A DNA stretch of 64,000 bases from Candidatus Micrarchaeota archaeon. GTDB taxonomy: Archaea; Micrarchaeota; Micrarchaeia; Anstonellales; Bilamarchaeaceae. This document shows, piece by piece, positions 1 through 9,780 of this stretch; position 1 is the stretch's first letter, and each line of letters opens with the position of its first letter. The notes beneath the pieces are model-generated. The model searched no databases. It saw only the letters and a program-made list of their open reading frames with translations, and was not told the origin of the DNA. The position numbers were made by a program, and so were the translations under genes. The stretch is from positions 16,684 through 80,683 of the forward strand of contig JBBSVO010000002.1 in the NCBI GenBank assembly GCA_038046805.1, written 5' to 3'.

Positions 1-320
1 GTAAGCTCTATCATGGAAGAATCCGTTGGAACATTGTTCGCACCAATAGCCTGTTGGGATATGTCATTCATCACGCCCTCCATGAGCGGCTCCATTTCAT
101 TCAGAAACAATACGAGGAACAAAACCAGTATCACTGTTGATGCGGCGAAAACCATCTCGGCTTTTGCATTCTGCTCAAGGTTTTTCAGATCGAAATATTT
201 TGAAACCATCCACAGGATAGTCGCAGCAAACACTGATGCAATCGTTGCAAGGGCAACGGCGCCCATCCATTGCGGATCCGGAAGCGGTGCAATATTTCCT
301 GCCAGAACACTCATAATCAT
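1..320 (-). CDS. Partial membrane protein, paralog of the adjacent CedA/VirB6-like array (runs off window start)
   Basis: Not in ORF track; read manually from ATG at 320: MIMSVLAGNIAPLPDPQWMGAVALATIASVFAATILWMVSKYFDLKNLEQNAKAEMVFAASTVILVLFLV..., with the same N-terminal TM plus 'L...AK.E' motif as its neighbours; open to position 1. Confidence 0.8.
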   Translation of the reverse strand, partial: MIMSVLAGNIAPLPDPQWMGAVALATIASVFAATILWMVSKYFDLKNLEQNAKAEMVFAASTVILVLFLVLFLNEMEPLMEGVMNDISQQAIGANNVPTDSSMIEL

Positions 321-333
321 TACCTGACCTTTC

Positions 334-1494
334 TCATATCAGCCTCGTCAGGCTGCTTATGTCTATTTCTTCACCCATTGTCTTGCTTATGCCTTTTATT
401 GCATGTATTATCAAAAGAATGTTAAATGCTGATGCGAGTCCGAGTATTATCACAATTCCTATCATCATCATTGGGAGTATGAGGGCCATGTACATCGCGC
501 CTCCGGTTCCGCTTTTGATCAGATTAACAATGAGATTTCCGGTAGAATATTCCTGAACAGGGCTTGGAGCAGAGCCTGGCGGTCCATTGTTAAGGTTTGG
601 CGTAATCTTCGGGCCTACCCCTACCCAGTTCTCCGCGAATTTATCTGCATTGAGCTTTGCCTTATCTGAAGTTATACTAAACACCGGTTTGGCATAAGCC
701 TCCATATTTCCGATCGTTTCTTTTGCGAAATTATCTGTGGTTTCTCTTAATATCTCTCCGGTTATCACAGTCAAGGCAGGATATATGAACAAAAATCCTA
801 TTCCAATTGCAATCAATGTTCCTCCAATCCGCCTTGTTGGCGTGAAGCACCTCATCATTATCCCGATTGGCAGATAATATTTCAAAAATCCAACTAGCGC
901 GAATTCAAACACTACTTTCTGCGCGTAGTTTGTTATGAATACGATTGCAAGGAAATTTGTTGCCTGGTATAAGACATTTTTTATCGGGGCTCCAAGCCCT
1001 GCGCCTGGAGAGCTGACCAGTCCAAGACCCAGAGGCTTTGAAAATATAGTTGTACTTGCAAGCATGTCAGCCTGCATTGCAAAGAAGTGGTTTGTGATCA
1101 TTACTCCTATAATCGCTTCTCCATTGTAATTGAAAAAATCCATTGCCGAGCTGTACATGTTCCAATCCTTATGCGCCGATTCCGGGAATATCCACCCTAC
1201 TTTTATTTCGCAGAATCTTCCGACCATGAATGCTATCGCAATTATTATGATTGCCGTGACAAAAAGTTCATTTACCTCGAATTTCGCATATGCGCTGAGC
1301 TCCTGGTTTCTGAACATGACTCCAAAAAGATATATGATTGCAAGTATCGCTGCTGATGCCGCAAGCGCAATGCCTGCGATTCCCATCCAGTCTGGAAGTC
1401 CAAGTGCTGCCATTCCCGAACCGAAGCTTAGTTTCGCCGCAAGTTCGGTCGTCTTTCCAGCTTCGCACATGACACTTGTTATCTCAACTACCAT
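334..1494 (-). CDS. Polytopic membrane protein, array paralog (CedA/VirB6-like)
   Basis: 386 aa, multiple TM helices; motifs QELSAYAKFE, PIGIMMRCFTPTRRIGGTLIA, C-term GEEIDISSLTRLI. Confidence 0.8.
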   Translation of the reverse strand: MVVEITSVMCEAGKTTELAAKLSFGSGMAALGLPDWMGIAGIALAASAAILAIIYLFGVMFRNQELSAYAKFEVNELFVTAIIIIAIAFMVGRFCEIKVGWIFPESAHKDWNMYSSAMDFFNYNGEAIIGVMITNHFFAMQADMLASTTIFSKPLGLGLVSSPGAGLGAPIKNVLYQATNFLAIVFITNYAQKVVFEFALVGFLKYYLPIGIMMRCFTPTRRIGGTLIAIGIGFLFIYPALTVITGEILRETTDNFAKETIGNMEAYAKPVFSITSDKAKLNADKFAENWVGVGPKITPNLNNGPPGSAPSPVQEYSTGNLIVNLIKSGTGGAMYMALILPMMMIGIVIILGLASAFNILLIIHAIKGISKTMGEEIDISSLTRLI

Positions 1495-1529
1495 GTTTTA
1501 CCCTCTCGCAAATATTCATTATGCAATTC

Positions 1530-2834
1530 CTATATCAATTTCACAAACGAAGTAAAACTCACTTCTGAGCCGAAAAACCTTGCGATTTCCTTTGCCGCAG
1601 TCAGTGTAACAAATATGTTTATGAACGGAAGGATAATGCTCACAATTACGATGTAATATACCGCGCTTTTCACTATGTCAAATACAAGGCTGATTACCCC
1701 TCCTATGAGTATCGGAACAAGTATTGATCCAACGAGCATTGCGAGGATTATCGCGGTTATTCCAGCCCCAAAAAGTCCTGTTGAGGTAAAGAAATTTTCC
1801 AGGAGTGTGTCGCTTGGGAGTACTACCGGGGAAGTTAGTTTGTATGCCTCCCAGTTCATTATCATCATTACTGGATAAACGATTACGAATGAGAACACCA
1901 GCGCAAAGAGCGCGGTTCCTGCACTGCGGGTTTGAGGGAATGCCCGAAGCAGCATTGCCGCGGGAATAAATATTGCGAAAACCCATTTCTTTGTAAAGCA
2001 CAATATATAGAAGTGGGCAACCCATTCAACAAGGGTTGCTGATAAAAATTGTATCACGATGCCAACGATATCTACAATCGGCTTTAACACCGGACCAACG
2101 TTGAATGAGAACATTGCCTTGAACGTTATTCCTACGTATATTGTTGCACTGTAAAGTGTATGCAGCCACATATTAAACAGCAAAAGAGAGGAAAGATTGC
2201 TTGCTATCTGGTAAGTCATATATTGCGAGTATATCATCGCAGCGTCTATTATCGAAGTAGTCTGTTTGTATATGGCGTCTTCTGCAAGTTCCGAGCCGGG
2301 AGCTATTTTGACATTGAACCATATATTCATCGTGACCATTATTCCTATGATAAAAACTGCCAGAAATATTGTCATTAGTGTCTGCCACCATTCCTCTCTG
2401 GCTATTGAAAGAAGTTGAGGTGATTGCAGTGCCTGACCCACAAGGTATAATACAGCGATTGCCAGAAAGATTATTCCTGCTGCATATATAGAATATGAAA
2501 GCATGTTGGCGTATTTTCCAGCGTCAAATTCTCCCTTTGCCTTTGCAGCCTTTGGGGCGGCGTCCTCTGCCCATGCATCCTCGCATGTTATCCTGTCAAG
2601 CGGTCCGGAAATGGTCTTGAATGCCCAACTGCCTATATTCTTGAGCCCGTCTATAGAGTAAGATTGGATAACATTGCTTGAATCCGTATATGATTTCCAG
2701 CTGTTTGGATCGTTTGGTTCTGTGGGTTGCGCAAATGTAACACTACCTAAAATAAAAATGAGCAAAATCACTGCAAGTGCAGGTACCCCTGACCTGGGCT
2801 TCCATACTTGTGCAGTTTCCTTTGTTTCGTTCAT
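1530..2834 (-). CDS. Polytopic membrane protein, array paralog (CedA/VirB6-like)
   Basis: 434 aa; signal-like N-term, PQLLSIAREE, PAAMLLRAFPQTRSAGTALFA, C-term GSEVSFTSFVKLI. Confidence 0.8.
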   Translation of the reverse strand: MNETKETAQVWKPRSGVPALAVILLIFILGSVTFAQPTEPNDPNSWKSYTDSSNVIQSYSIDGLKNIGSWAFKTISGPLDRITCEDAWAEDAAPKAAKAKGEFDAGKYANMLSYSIYAAGIIFLAIAVLYLVGQALQSPQLLSIAREEWWQTLMTIFLAVFIIGIMVTMNIWFNVKIAPGSELAEDAIYKQTTSIIDAAMIYSQYMTYQIASNLSSLLLFNMWLHTLYSATIYVGITFKAMFSFNVGPVLKPIVDIVGIVIQFLSATLVEWVAHFYILCFTKKWVFAIFIPAAMLLRAFPQTRSAGTALFALVFSFVIVYPVMMIMNWEAYKLTSPVVLPSDTLLENFFTSTGLFGAGITAIILAMLVGSILVPILIGGVISLVFDIVKSAVYYIVIVSIILPFINIFVTLTAAKEIARFFGSEVSFTSFVKLI

Positions 2835-2905
2835 TTTATCATCCGTATTTTTTACTCTTTTATAATCTCTTATGATCTAATTGCGTGGTTATCAATCTCC
2901 ATTTA

Positions 2906-4228
2906 TCATATCAGGTGTGTTAGTCCTGCAATTTCCAGATCTCCGCCAAATATTGCAGACATGCTTTTTATCGCAGCAATAGTTGCCATGACCCCGAGAA
3001 ATGAAAAGAACAGGGAAAAAAATGTAAGCCTGCTTGCCGCGTCTATGTATCCTCCGCGTGCAAGGGTTTCAGTGATGACTTTCCCAGGATTATACCAGTT
3101 TTGCTGGTCCAGTTCTTTGCCCCAGATATTAACTTCGTCTTCCATACTCTTTGTTTTCTTTCCTTCTTCCACAGCATTATCTATTACCCCGCAAAAATCC
3201 AAACCCAAATCCGTCCCGCCTAATTTGTTCATCGGACTTCCGGTTCCTGTTCCGCCAAATGCATCTGTTCCATAATTGCTTTTTCCAGCCGCCTCTATCT
3301 CGTTATACCCTAACACTCCGCCACTCATGATCTTTCCGAATATCGGAAGGTCATCTTTTTCAACATATATAGAACTTATCGCGAGCGCATTCGGATCCCC
3401 TCCGGATGCAGTTATCGCCTTTAGTTTCATCTGCCCGTAGAATACTCCTCCGAGCGCATAAAACATTGGGAATATAAAAAACATCGAAAGAGCCATTGCC
3501 ATTAGTAATCCTCCAAGTTTTCTGGTGAAGAAAAATGTTCTAAGTACGATTCCAATGGTAAACATTACTGGGAAGATACCCATTGCTATAAACCTGAGAA
3601 GAACTTCCTGGAATTTCGTTATCGTCATCAATTTAACTGTATAATCAAACATATTTGATTTTACTATATTTCCCTGCACGAAAAATCCTTTTATTGGAGT
3701 ATATGCAAATACCCCTGTTTTTTCTCCTGTTATTTCTATGTTCAGGTTTACTTCTGCAAGCATGGACGTGACGATATATTCCCGATACATCTGCGAAGCA
3801 AGTTCATTGCCTTCGTTGAATATGGAATTCAGGAAATGCATCCCAACCTTTATGTGGCAGGGAAGTCCGTCGTAGTAATCTGCCTTTGCAAACGCATCGC
3901 TACAGACTGCCTGCCCCAGAACGTCTTTTCCAATTGGTTCGTTCGGGTTTGTAACAAGCGATTCCGCGACCTGGTTTGCACCTCCCAAAAACGAAATAGT
4001 AAGTACAATGAGGACTGCAGAGTAAATTACTTCCACAACTTCTATTCTTGCCCAGGTCTTTATCTTGTCATTGGAAAGAAAGGCCCCAAGAATATATACC
4101 AAACTAAGAATTCCAGCAGATATTACAAGCAATACTGCTGCAATTTGTAACCAGTCAGTGTATACGCTAGTGAGAAATCCAAGCGCATTGCCGTTTTTCA
4201 ATAATTCAATGTCAATCATTTTTATCAT
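2906..4228 (-). CDS. Polytopic membrane protein, array paralog (CedA/VirB6-like)
   Basis: 440 aa; DKIKTWARIEVVEVIYSAVL, GIVLRTFFFTRKLGGLLMA, C-term GGDLEIAGLTHLI. Confidence 0.8.
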   Translation of the reverse strand: MIKMIDIELLKNGNALGFLTSVYTDWLQIAAVLLVISAGILSLVYILGAFLSNDKIKTWARIEVVEVIYSAVLIVLTISFLGGANQVAESLVTNPNEPIGKDVLGQAVCSDAFAKADYYDGLPCHIKVGMHFLNSIFNEGNELASQMYREYIVTSMLAEVNLNIEITGEKTGVFAYTPIKGFFVQGNIVKSNMFDYTVKLMTITKFQEVLLRFIAMGIFPVMFTIGIVLRTFFFTRKLGGLLMAMALSMFFIFPMFYALGGVFYGQMKLKAITASGGDPNALAISSIYVEKDDLPIFGKIMSGGVLGYNEIEAAGKSNYGTDAFGGTGTGSPMNKLGGTDLGLDFCGVIDNAVEEGKKTKSMEDEVNIWGKELDQQNWYNPGKVITETLARGGYIDAASRLTFFSLFFSFLGVMATIAAIKSMSAIFGGDLEIAGLTHLI

Positions 4229-5274
4229 GCCTTTGAGATTATAAATTTCGTAACTGCATTTATAAACGAAAACGTAATTACTGTTGAGAATGCGGGCAGG
4301 AATAATGAGACCAGCGAAAGCTCCCCGAGTGCCTCAAGTAAGGGCTTCATTAGTAAAAATGTGACGCTGTATGCCATGCTTTCCATTGTGAGGGTACTTA
4401 TCGCGGTTCCGGCAAATGCTCCAAGTGCTGGTACTCCCATTGCTCCGAATAGAAACTTATTTACATCAGCCAGTATTGTGCCGCCAGCTCCGATTATTGC
4501 AGCACTTCCTACAAATCCCCATTTCCAGTAGCCTATTTCCCCAGAACCGATATATGGGATATATTCAGTGCCCCGTTCGGTAATCTGCCATAAGTCATTA
4601 AGTGCCATTTCATTTAGCACATACGTCATAGGGAGCACTGTCTGGAAGGCTATAGATGCAACTATCAAAAATGTCCCGGCATCTTTTGTTGGCGGAAGAA
4701 ATCTGAGAAGAATTCCGGCGGGCAGTAAGAATTTATATGCTATGGCGTCTACGATTGAGAGTATAAAAACCTGTGCAGAAAGGCTGCTATATACCATTGC
4801 CAGTGCATATCCAAGAACATTTGTTATTCCAACAACACCATCAGAACCCGGGGCTACCTTGTATATCCATGTCCATACAGCTTCGTGCGGCCTGAAATAC
4901 AATGTGTTATATGTTGAGAATGCAACCTGAATTGTGTACACGTCATTTATTGCCTCAAGAACGCCCTGAGACTTTATCTTTTGCAGAAATTTCATCGCTG
5001 AATTTATTGGGTCGTTTCCTATCATTGTGCATGAAGCGGATTTCATTCCCTCAAAAAATGCCACTGCAAGTATAAGCGTAAGAAGTGCGAGCCAGATATC
5101 TCCCAGTCCAACTTTCGCGCCTGCCTCCCATTCCGGTCTTTTGAACATTATCCCGGCGGCGTATTTTATCAGGGTAAAAAGCGCCAGGAATATGACTACT
5201 ACTGCAGTTAGCTGATAATATTCAATGGATGGATTTGCTACGGCAAACGGGAATCCACTTACAACACACGCCAT
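4225..5274 (-). CDS. Polytopic membrane protein, array paralog (CedA/VirB6-like)
   Basis: 349 aa; PEWEAGAKVG, PAGILLRFLPPTKDAGTFLI; 4-bp overlap with next gene. Confidence 0.8.
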   Translation of the reverse strand: MACVVSGFPFAVANPSIEYYQLTAVVVIFLALFTLIKYAAGIMFKRPEWEAGAKVGLGDIWLALLTLILAVAFFEGMKSASCTMIGNDPINSAMKFLQKIKSQGVLEAINDVYTIQVAFSTYNTLYFRPHEAVWTWIYKVAPGSDGVVGITNVLGYALAMVYSSLSAQVFILSIVDAIAYKFLLPAGILLRFLPPTKDAGTFLIVASIAFQTVLPMTYVLNEMALNDLWQITERGTEYIPYIGSGEIGYWKWGFVGSAAIIGAGGTILADVNKFLFGAMGVPALGAFAGTAISTLTMESMAYSVTFLLMKPLLEALGELSLVSLFLPAFSTVITFSFINAVTKFIISKA

Positions 5275-5333
5275 ATGTCTGTCCTCCAGTTACTCTAGTC
5301 TGTTTACACTGTTTACTCTAATCTGCTTACTGT

Positions 5334-6611
5334 TTACACCAGTTTTGTTATACCTATTATTTCCTGTTCTCCGCCAATGATCGCGCTTATGTTTCGGTAC
5401 ATTGTTATTGTTATTATTATTTCGAATACTGATGTTACGATTACAAGAATGACAAATTGCGATACGATTACTACTTCTTCAACTATGAAGTAATAAAGAC
5501 CCTGGACTACTCCCACGGCAGGACCGACACCCCAAAGAAGGGATGTAATTGAAATCCCAAAGTCTCCAAAAAGTTTTACCATAAATTTGAATACATCTTT
5601 TGCGGTTTTCAGTACGCCCGTAATATTGTCCCACATGTCTCCAAAAAAGCCAGTTATTTTTGTTGAGGTTGATTCATCGGGCTTTGTCCCATAATTTGCC
5701 ATGACACCGCTTGCGCTTTCGCCAGAAATTTTTTCCCACGTCTCTCTCATTTCCACCAGTTTGTCTGTTTTTGTCTTCAATGCATTTTCCTCTGCTGTGG
5801 GGTCTCCGTTTGCAGCGCAAAACCCTATCGCAGTGGGAACATATACCATATCTATGGGCTTATACACATCGAATATGAGGTAATTAGAAAGAATTATGCT
5901 AAGCGGATAAACAAAATATGCGACAATACATATCGCAATTATGCTCGAACCTGTTGAGCGGAGCATAGGAAATGCGCGCATAACCAATCCAAGCGGAAGG
6001 AGTATTGTTGGGATAACGTACGTTGCAAACTGGATGAGGTGTTGTTTTGATACTATCGCTACCATCACCATTCCTATTGCCTCAACCAATACTGTGTGTG
6101 CATTACTCAGAAGTGACAAGCCCACTAGTGGAGGAACAGAAATTGGCAACACTGCCAGTAATGGATTAAACGTTCCAGCTGAAATATAAATCGTTGAAAG
6201 GAATCCAATGAGCATTTCAAAGAGATATAAGCTTACGTAAATTGATTTTAGTTCCTGAAATAATAATTCAAGAGATGCATACGCGATACCAAGATGCGAT
6301 GGACTTAGGGATTTTGCCAAGGTGGTTGTGTCGCAACTATTAGCTGTTCCGGTTATCACAAGTCTACAGGCGCCCTCCCACATTATTCCCTGAAAAAAGA
6401 ACCATCCACCTACAATTATAATGCTCATTATAAGTGCTGCTAGTTCTTCTTTTGCAGCTGCGTTGAGAGGTGGGTGCTGCAGAAAATATGAAGCAAGATA
6501 CATTCCTCCGGTTACAGCTATTCCGATCAGGATAGCAATTCCGATATACTGGATGGGGAACGTGGCAGAAGTTAAAGTAAAAAGTAGCGGAAGCAACGCA
6601 GTTATTCCCAT
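5334..6611 (-). CDS. Polytopic membrane protein, first gene of the array (CedA/VirB6-like)
   Basis: Start reassigned to ATG 6611 (MGITALL) to avoid overlap with the divergent gene; PPLNAAAKEE, PLGLVMRAFPMLRSTGSSIIA, C-term GGEQEIIGITKLV. Confidence 0.8.
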   Translation of the reverse strand: MGITALLPLLFTLTSATFPIQYIGIAILIGIAVTGGMYLASYFLQHPPLNAAAKEELAALIMSIIIVGGWFFFQGIMWEGACRLVITGTANSCDTTTLAKSLSPSHLGIAYASLELLFQELKSIYVSLYLFEMLIGFLSTIYISAGTFNPLLAVLPISVPPLVGLSLLSNAHTVLVEAIGMVMVAIVSKQHLIQFATYVIPTILLPLGLVMRAFPMLRSTGSSIIAICIVAYFVYPLSIILSNYLIFDVYKPIDMVYVPTAIGFCAANGDPTAEENALKTKTDKLVEMRETWEKISGESASGVMANYGTKPDESTSTKITGFFGDMWDNITGVLKTAKDVFKFMVKLFGDFGISITSLLWGVGPAVGVVQGLYYFIVEEVVIVSQFVILVIVTSVFEIIITITMYRNISAIIGGEQEIIGITKLV

Positions 6612-6634
6612 GTATAAATCTGCGGACCCAGTTC

Positions 6635-6642
6635 TTTTAAAT
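6635..6642. promoter_or_regulatory. Putative bidirectional TATA box (TTTTAAAT)
   Basis: Palindromic TTTAAA core centred about 27 nt from both the minus-strand ATG (6611) and the plus-strand ATG (6665). Confidence 0.5.
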
Positions 6643-6664
6643 GTATCCTCTGTAATTATTTGTG

Positions 6665-7249
6665 ATGAATCCAATAACCTGTCCGGGAGCTTTCAGAACC
6701 GGTTTTATCTTTTCCATAGATTCGTTCGTTGCATTTTCTCTTTCACTAGTGGCAATTTATTCAATGCTCTTCTTTTCCAGCATCCCCTCAGCGTATTATT
6801 CCTCTCTTATGCAGGCACATTATCTTGCAAAGGACACGCTCACTGCCCTCTCACTTTCAAATTCTTCTGAAGATGGGGTAAGTGAATTGGGCTATCTTTT
6901 ATTTGTGGTTTCAAAACCAGCACAATCTGCCGTCATAGAAGAAAGGATTGGTCCGCTTATTCCAAATCAATTCGGTTATCTGGTTGAAACAAGTGAAGAT
7001 GGCGAAGAATGGGACGTAGTATACGACACAAAAGATAATCCATCTGATTCACATAACAAGGCATATAACAAACTAAGAGCATCTGCAGGAACGCTTATTT
7101 TCGGTTATGCATCCTCTCCAAAGACCCCGCAAAGCCCATATCGCTATATTACCTGCAATGGCCCCTACACACAATGCGGTCCGGCATCAAGTCCATATCC
7201 CCGTGCAACTGGAAGCATGAAACTCGTGCGGTTGGTGGTGTACGTATGA
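6665..7249 (+). CDS. Class III signal peptide (type IV pilin-like) protein
   Basis: RTG|FIFSID followed by a hydrophobic helix; soluble C-terminal domain. Confidence 0.7.
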   Translation: MNPITCPGAFRTGFIFSIDSFVAFSLSLVAIYSMLFFSSIPSAYYSSLMQAHYLAKDTLTALSLSNSSEDGVSELGYLLFVVSKPAQSAVIEERIGPLIPNQFGYLVETSEDGEEWDVVYDTKDNPSDSHNKAYNKLRASAGTLIFGYASSPKTPQSPYRYITCNGPYTQCGPASSPYPRATGSMKLVRLVVYV

Positions 7250-8817
7250 CGAATTATAAGGGATTCTTTTTCGTGCTCGTCTCGTTTTTCATACTGGGGT
7301 ATATTCTTACATCGTTGACTCTTTGGACAAAATCCATAGATGTTGCAGAGAAGAAATTCGCTGAAAAATTCAAATTTTCCAATATCGAGCTTGCTGTTTC
7401 GCAACTTACAGAAGAAAAAGTTTCTGATTTCGCAGAGATGAGTGCATATTACGCACTTTACAAATTAAATGAGCACAGCATAAATTATCCGGTTGTTCCA
7501 GTCGAGGGTAGTTCAGGGAGCGAAGCTGATTTTAAGAATGCGAAAGACGCTGTCTGGTCTATGATACAAAACGGAAGTGCATCTGGAAATTATTTTGAAG
7601 AAAACGTGCCTCTTATTTATGATACCTCCGAACAGTCCGATCTTACGTTTGCAGGGTGGTTCGGTTCAATCAACAAAAGCCTTTCATATATAGGCGCGCA
7701 GGTGGATTCATTCGGGGTTTCCGGATTCACAATGAATCAGACGGACTTTTCCCATCTTAACTATTCGTTCAAGGTTGATTTTTCCGCATCTGACAAAAGC
7801 GGTATCATGTTTATCACACGTTCGTTCGTTGTCAATGGAACTCTTGAATTGCAGGGACTTGACGACCCGGCAGTTGCAAGAGAAACAAAAAAAATATTAA
7901 ATGGGAGCGAAGTGCGAAAGCAATTCTTTTTCCATGATGATTACCCTTCACCAGCTTCAACCAATCCTGCGCAAATCGCTGCAGGTTCTGCAGGCCAGGG
8001 GTGGTTTTACGGTGCAGTTGTTCAGGCAATCGATGCTCCTGCTATAAAACCGTTCCAGCGAAATACCACGATTTTGGTTGGCACATACGAAGAAATAACC
8101 TCCCTGGTTGGTATTAACTATAATTTCCAGGATTTCGGTGCGTTCATCCTCACGAGCGAGCCATCAACTGTGGATTCTGGTTGTGGTGGTTCAAAGAAAA
8201 ACGAGCTTAACACATTCAATGCAATTAATTATGATTCAACTTCCTGTTCTGCAAAGATAAACGGAGGGTCAAAAACAGAGAAGCCGTTTATTGTGGCAAA
8301 GGATTTCCAGATTGCCGTTCCATACCCCGGGTTTGATTCAACGTTCGTCCTGTTTGTGAATTCCGCGGACCAGTCCGAGGTGTCATCGAACCCGGAAAAG
8401 AAATCCGGCTCTCCGAAAATTTACAATATAGAATTACTTCGGGATTATGCAATCTGCAGTTATTACACTGCGAATCCAAAGGCTCCGTCCTATTTCCAGC
8501 GCCTGTTTAAGAATTCTTATGAACTGGAAGGCGGAAAGCTTGGAATAGAATCATTTGTCTTCGGAAAATGGCTTGGCGGAAGTGATTATCCTGCTGCCGA
8601 CATTTATAGTAGATTAGATCGGGAAATGTTCAAGGAAATAACCGGAACAAACATACGTGGAATGCCCGGATGTAAAAACAAGGAGATGTGCGGAAGCGAT
8701 TCTCAGGTTGGACATTTCAAACTAACAGACCCAAGCGCTAAAAATTATATAGGGCCCGATGCAACTGATTCAACAAACGGTTTGTTTTGTAGTAAAGGTG
8801 CATCGTGCGGAAACTGA
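7246..8817 (+). CDS. Large pilin-like/adhesin protein with class III signal peptide
   Basis: Start reassigned to ATG 7246 (ATGA overlap with upstream stop); MTNYKG|FFFVLVSFFIL; Cys pairs in the C-terminal part. Confidence 0.7.
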   Translation: MTNYKGFFFVLVSFFILGYILTSLTLWTKSIDVAEKKFAEKFKFSNIELAVSQLTEEKVSDFAEMSAYYALYKLNEHSINYPVVPVEGSSGSEADFKNAKDAVWSMIQNGSASGNYFEENVPLIYDTSEQSDLTFAGWFGSINKSLSYIGAQVDSFGVSGFTMNQTDFSHLNYSFKVDFSASDKSGIMFITRSFVVNGTLELQGLDDPAVARETKKILNGSEVRKQFFFHDDYPSPASTNPAQIAAGSAGQGWFYGAVVQAIDAPAIKPFQRNTTILVGTYEEITSLVGINYNFQDFGAFILTSEPSTVDSGCGGSKKNELNTFNAINYDSTSCSAKINGGSKTEKPFIVAKDFQIAVPYPGFDSTFVLFVNSADQSEVSSNPEKKSGSPKIYNIELLRDYAICSYYTANPKAPSYFQRLFKNSYELEGGKLGIESFVFGKWLGGSDYPAADIYSRLDREMFKEITGTNIRGMPGCKNKEMCGSDSQVGHFKLTDPSAKNYIGPDATDSTNGLFCSKGASCGN

Positions 8818-8822
8818 TATTT

Positions 8823-9275
8823 ATGATAAACACAGGATTTAAGACCCCTGATTTACTGTTCGGAACCCGTCGTGGTCAGGCTTCTACCGAGATGCTTGTT
8901 ACAGTGGCAACAATCCTGGTATTTACAATTCCGATAATTCTTCTACTTTTTGCGCTTTCTCAATATGGTCAGGAATCCACTTCAATCGCACAGGCACATG
9001 CAACTGTTCGCATAATTTCGGATTCAATCAACACAGTTTATATCCAGGGTCCTGGCGCTGAGAAAAGCCTTTTGGTTGGCATACCTGGAAACGCGGATCT
9101 TCTCAAAGTAGAGAATGGCGAAGTTTCATTGATACTTAGGACTTCTGGTGGAATGTATGAGGCAAGCAATCCTTTGCTTACAAATGCATCTGCTGGTTCA
9201 GATTTTTCCAATAAATCCGGGTTATTACCAGTGAAAATAAAGAATGAAAACGGAGTGGTAGTTGTATATGGATAA
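8823..9275 (+). CDS. Type IV pilin-like protein (class III signal peptide)
   Basis: RRG|QASTEMLV with Q+1/E+5 and a hydrophobic helix. Confidence 0.8.
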   Translation: MINTGFKTPDLLFGTRRGQASTEMLVTVATILVFTIPIILLLFALSQYGQESTSIAQAHATVRIISDSINTVYIQGPGAEKSLLVGIPGNADLLKVENGEVSLILRTSGGMYEASNPLLTNASAGSDFSNKSGLLPVKIKNENGVVVVYG

Positions 9276-9771
9276 CTGCAACGTTTCGCGTTCCGAGTCC
9301 CGCGTTTCGCGTTCCGGTCAGGTTGCAACCGAGCTTATGCTTTACTCCGGCGTATTCCTGATAATAGTTATATCCGTTGCATCTGTCCTTTATCTTTTAC
9401 AGGGCAGCGACATAAATTCTCTTGAATATTCCATTGTCAAAGAAACCGCAGAATCGTTCTCAGATTCAATCAATCTGGCAGTGCGGGGGGGACAGACGTT
9501 TTCGTATTACTATAATTTCCCGCGTACTGTGCTCGGAGGAGGTTATTCCATAATATTTACAAAATCCTCTGCAATCGTGCACTGGCAAGGTTCTAGAGGA
9601 AATATGAGTTATTCCTATTCTATTGCTCCGGCTAACTTTACATTCAATGGTTGTGTTGTTTCGTTGCAGGGTGGTTCTGCCGGGCAGCTCGATAGCCAAA
9701 AAGGGCAGAATCTACTCATAGTCACAAATAACGGAAATGGAATAGAACTCATGCAACCCGGGTGCAGTTGA
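9268..9771 (+). CDS. Type IV pilin-like protein (class III signal peptide)
   Basis: RSG|QVATELML; leader contains a heptamer repeat tract. Confidence 0.8.
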   Translation: MDNCNVSRSESRVSRSGQVATELMLYSGVFLIIVISVASVLYLLQGSDINSLEYSIVKETAESFSDSINLAVRGGQTFSYYYNFPRTVLGGGYSIIFTKSSAIVHWQGSRGNMSYSYSIAPANFTFNGCVVSLQGGSAGQLDSQKGQNLLIVTNNGNGIELMQPGCS

Positions 9772-9780
9772 GGTGTATTG

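Noticed and set aside
13..327. Plus-strand 104-aa ORF and the many short antisense ORFs across the window
   Set aside because: Shadows of well-supported genes on the opposite strand
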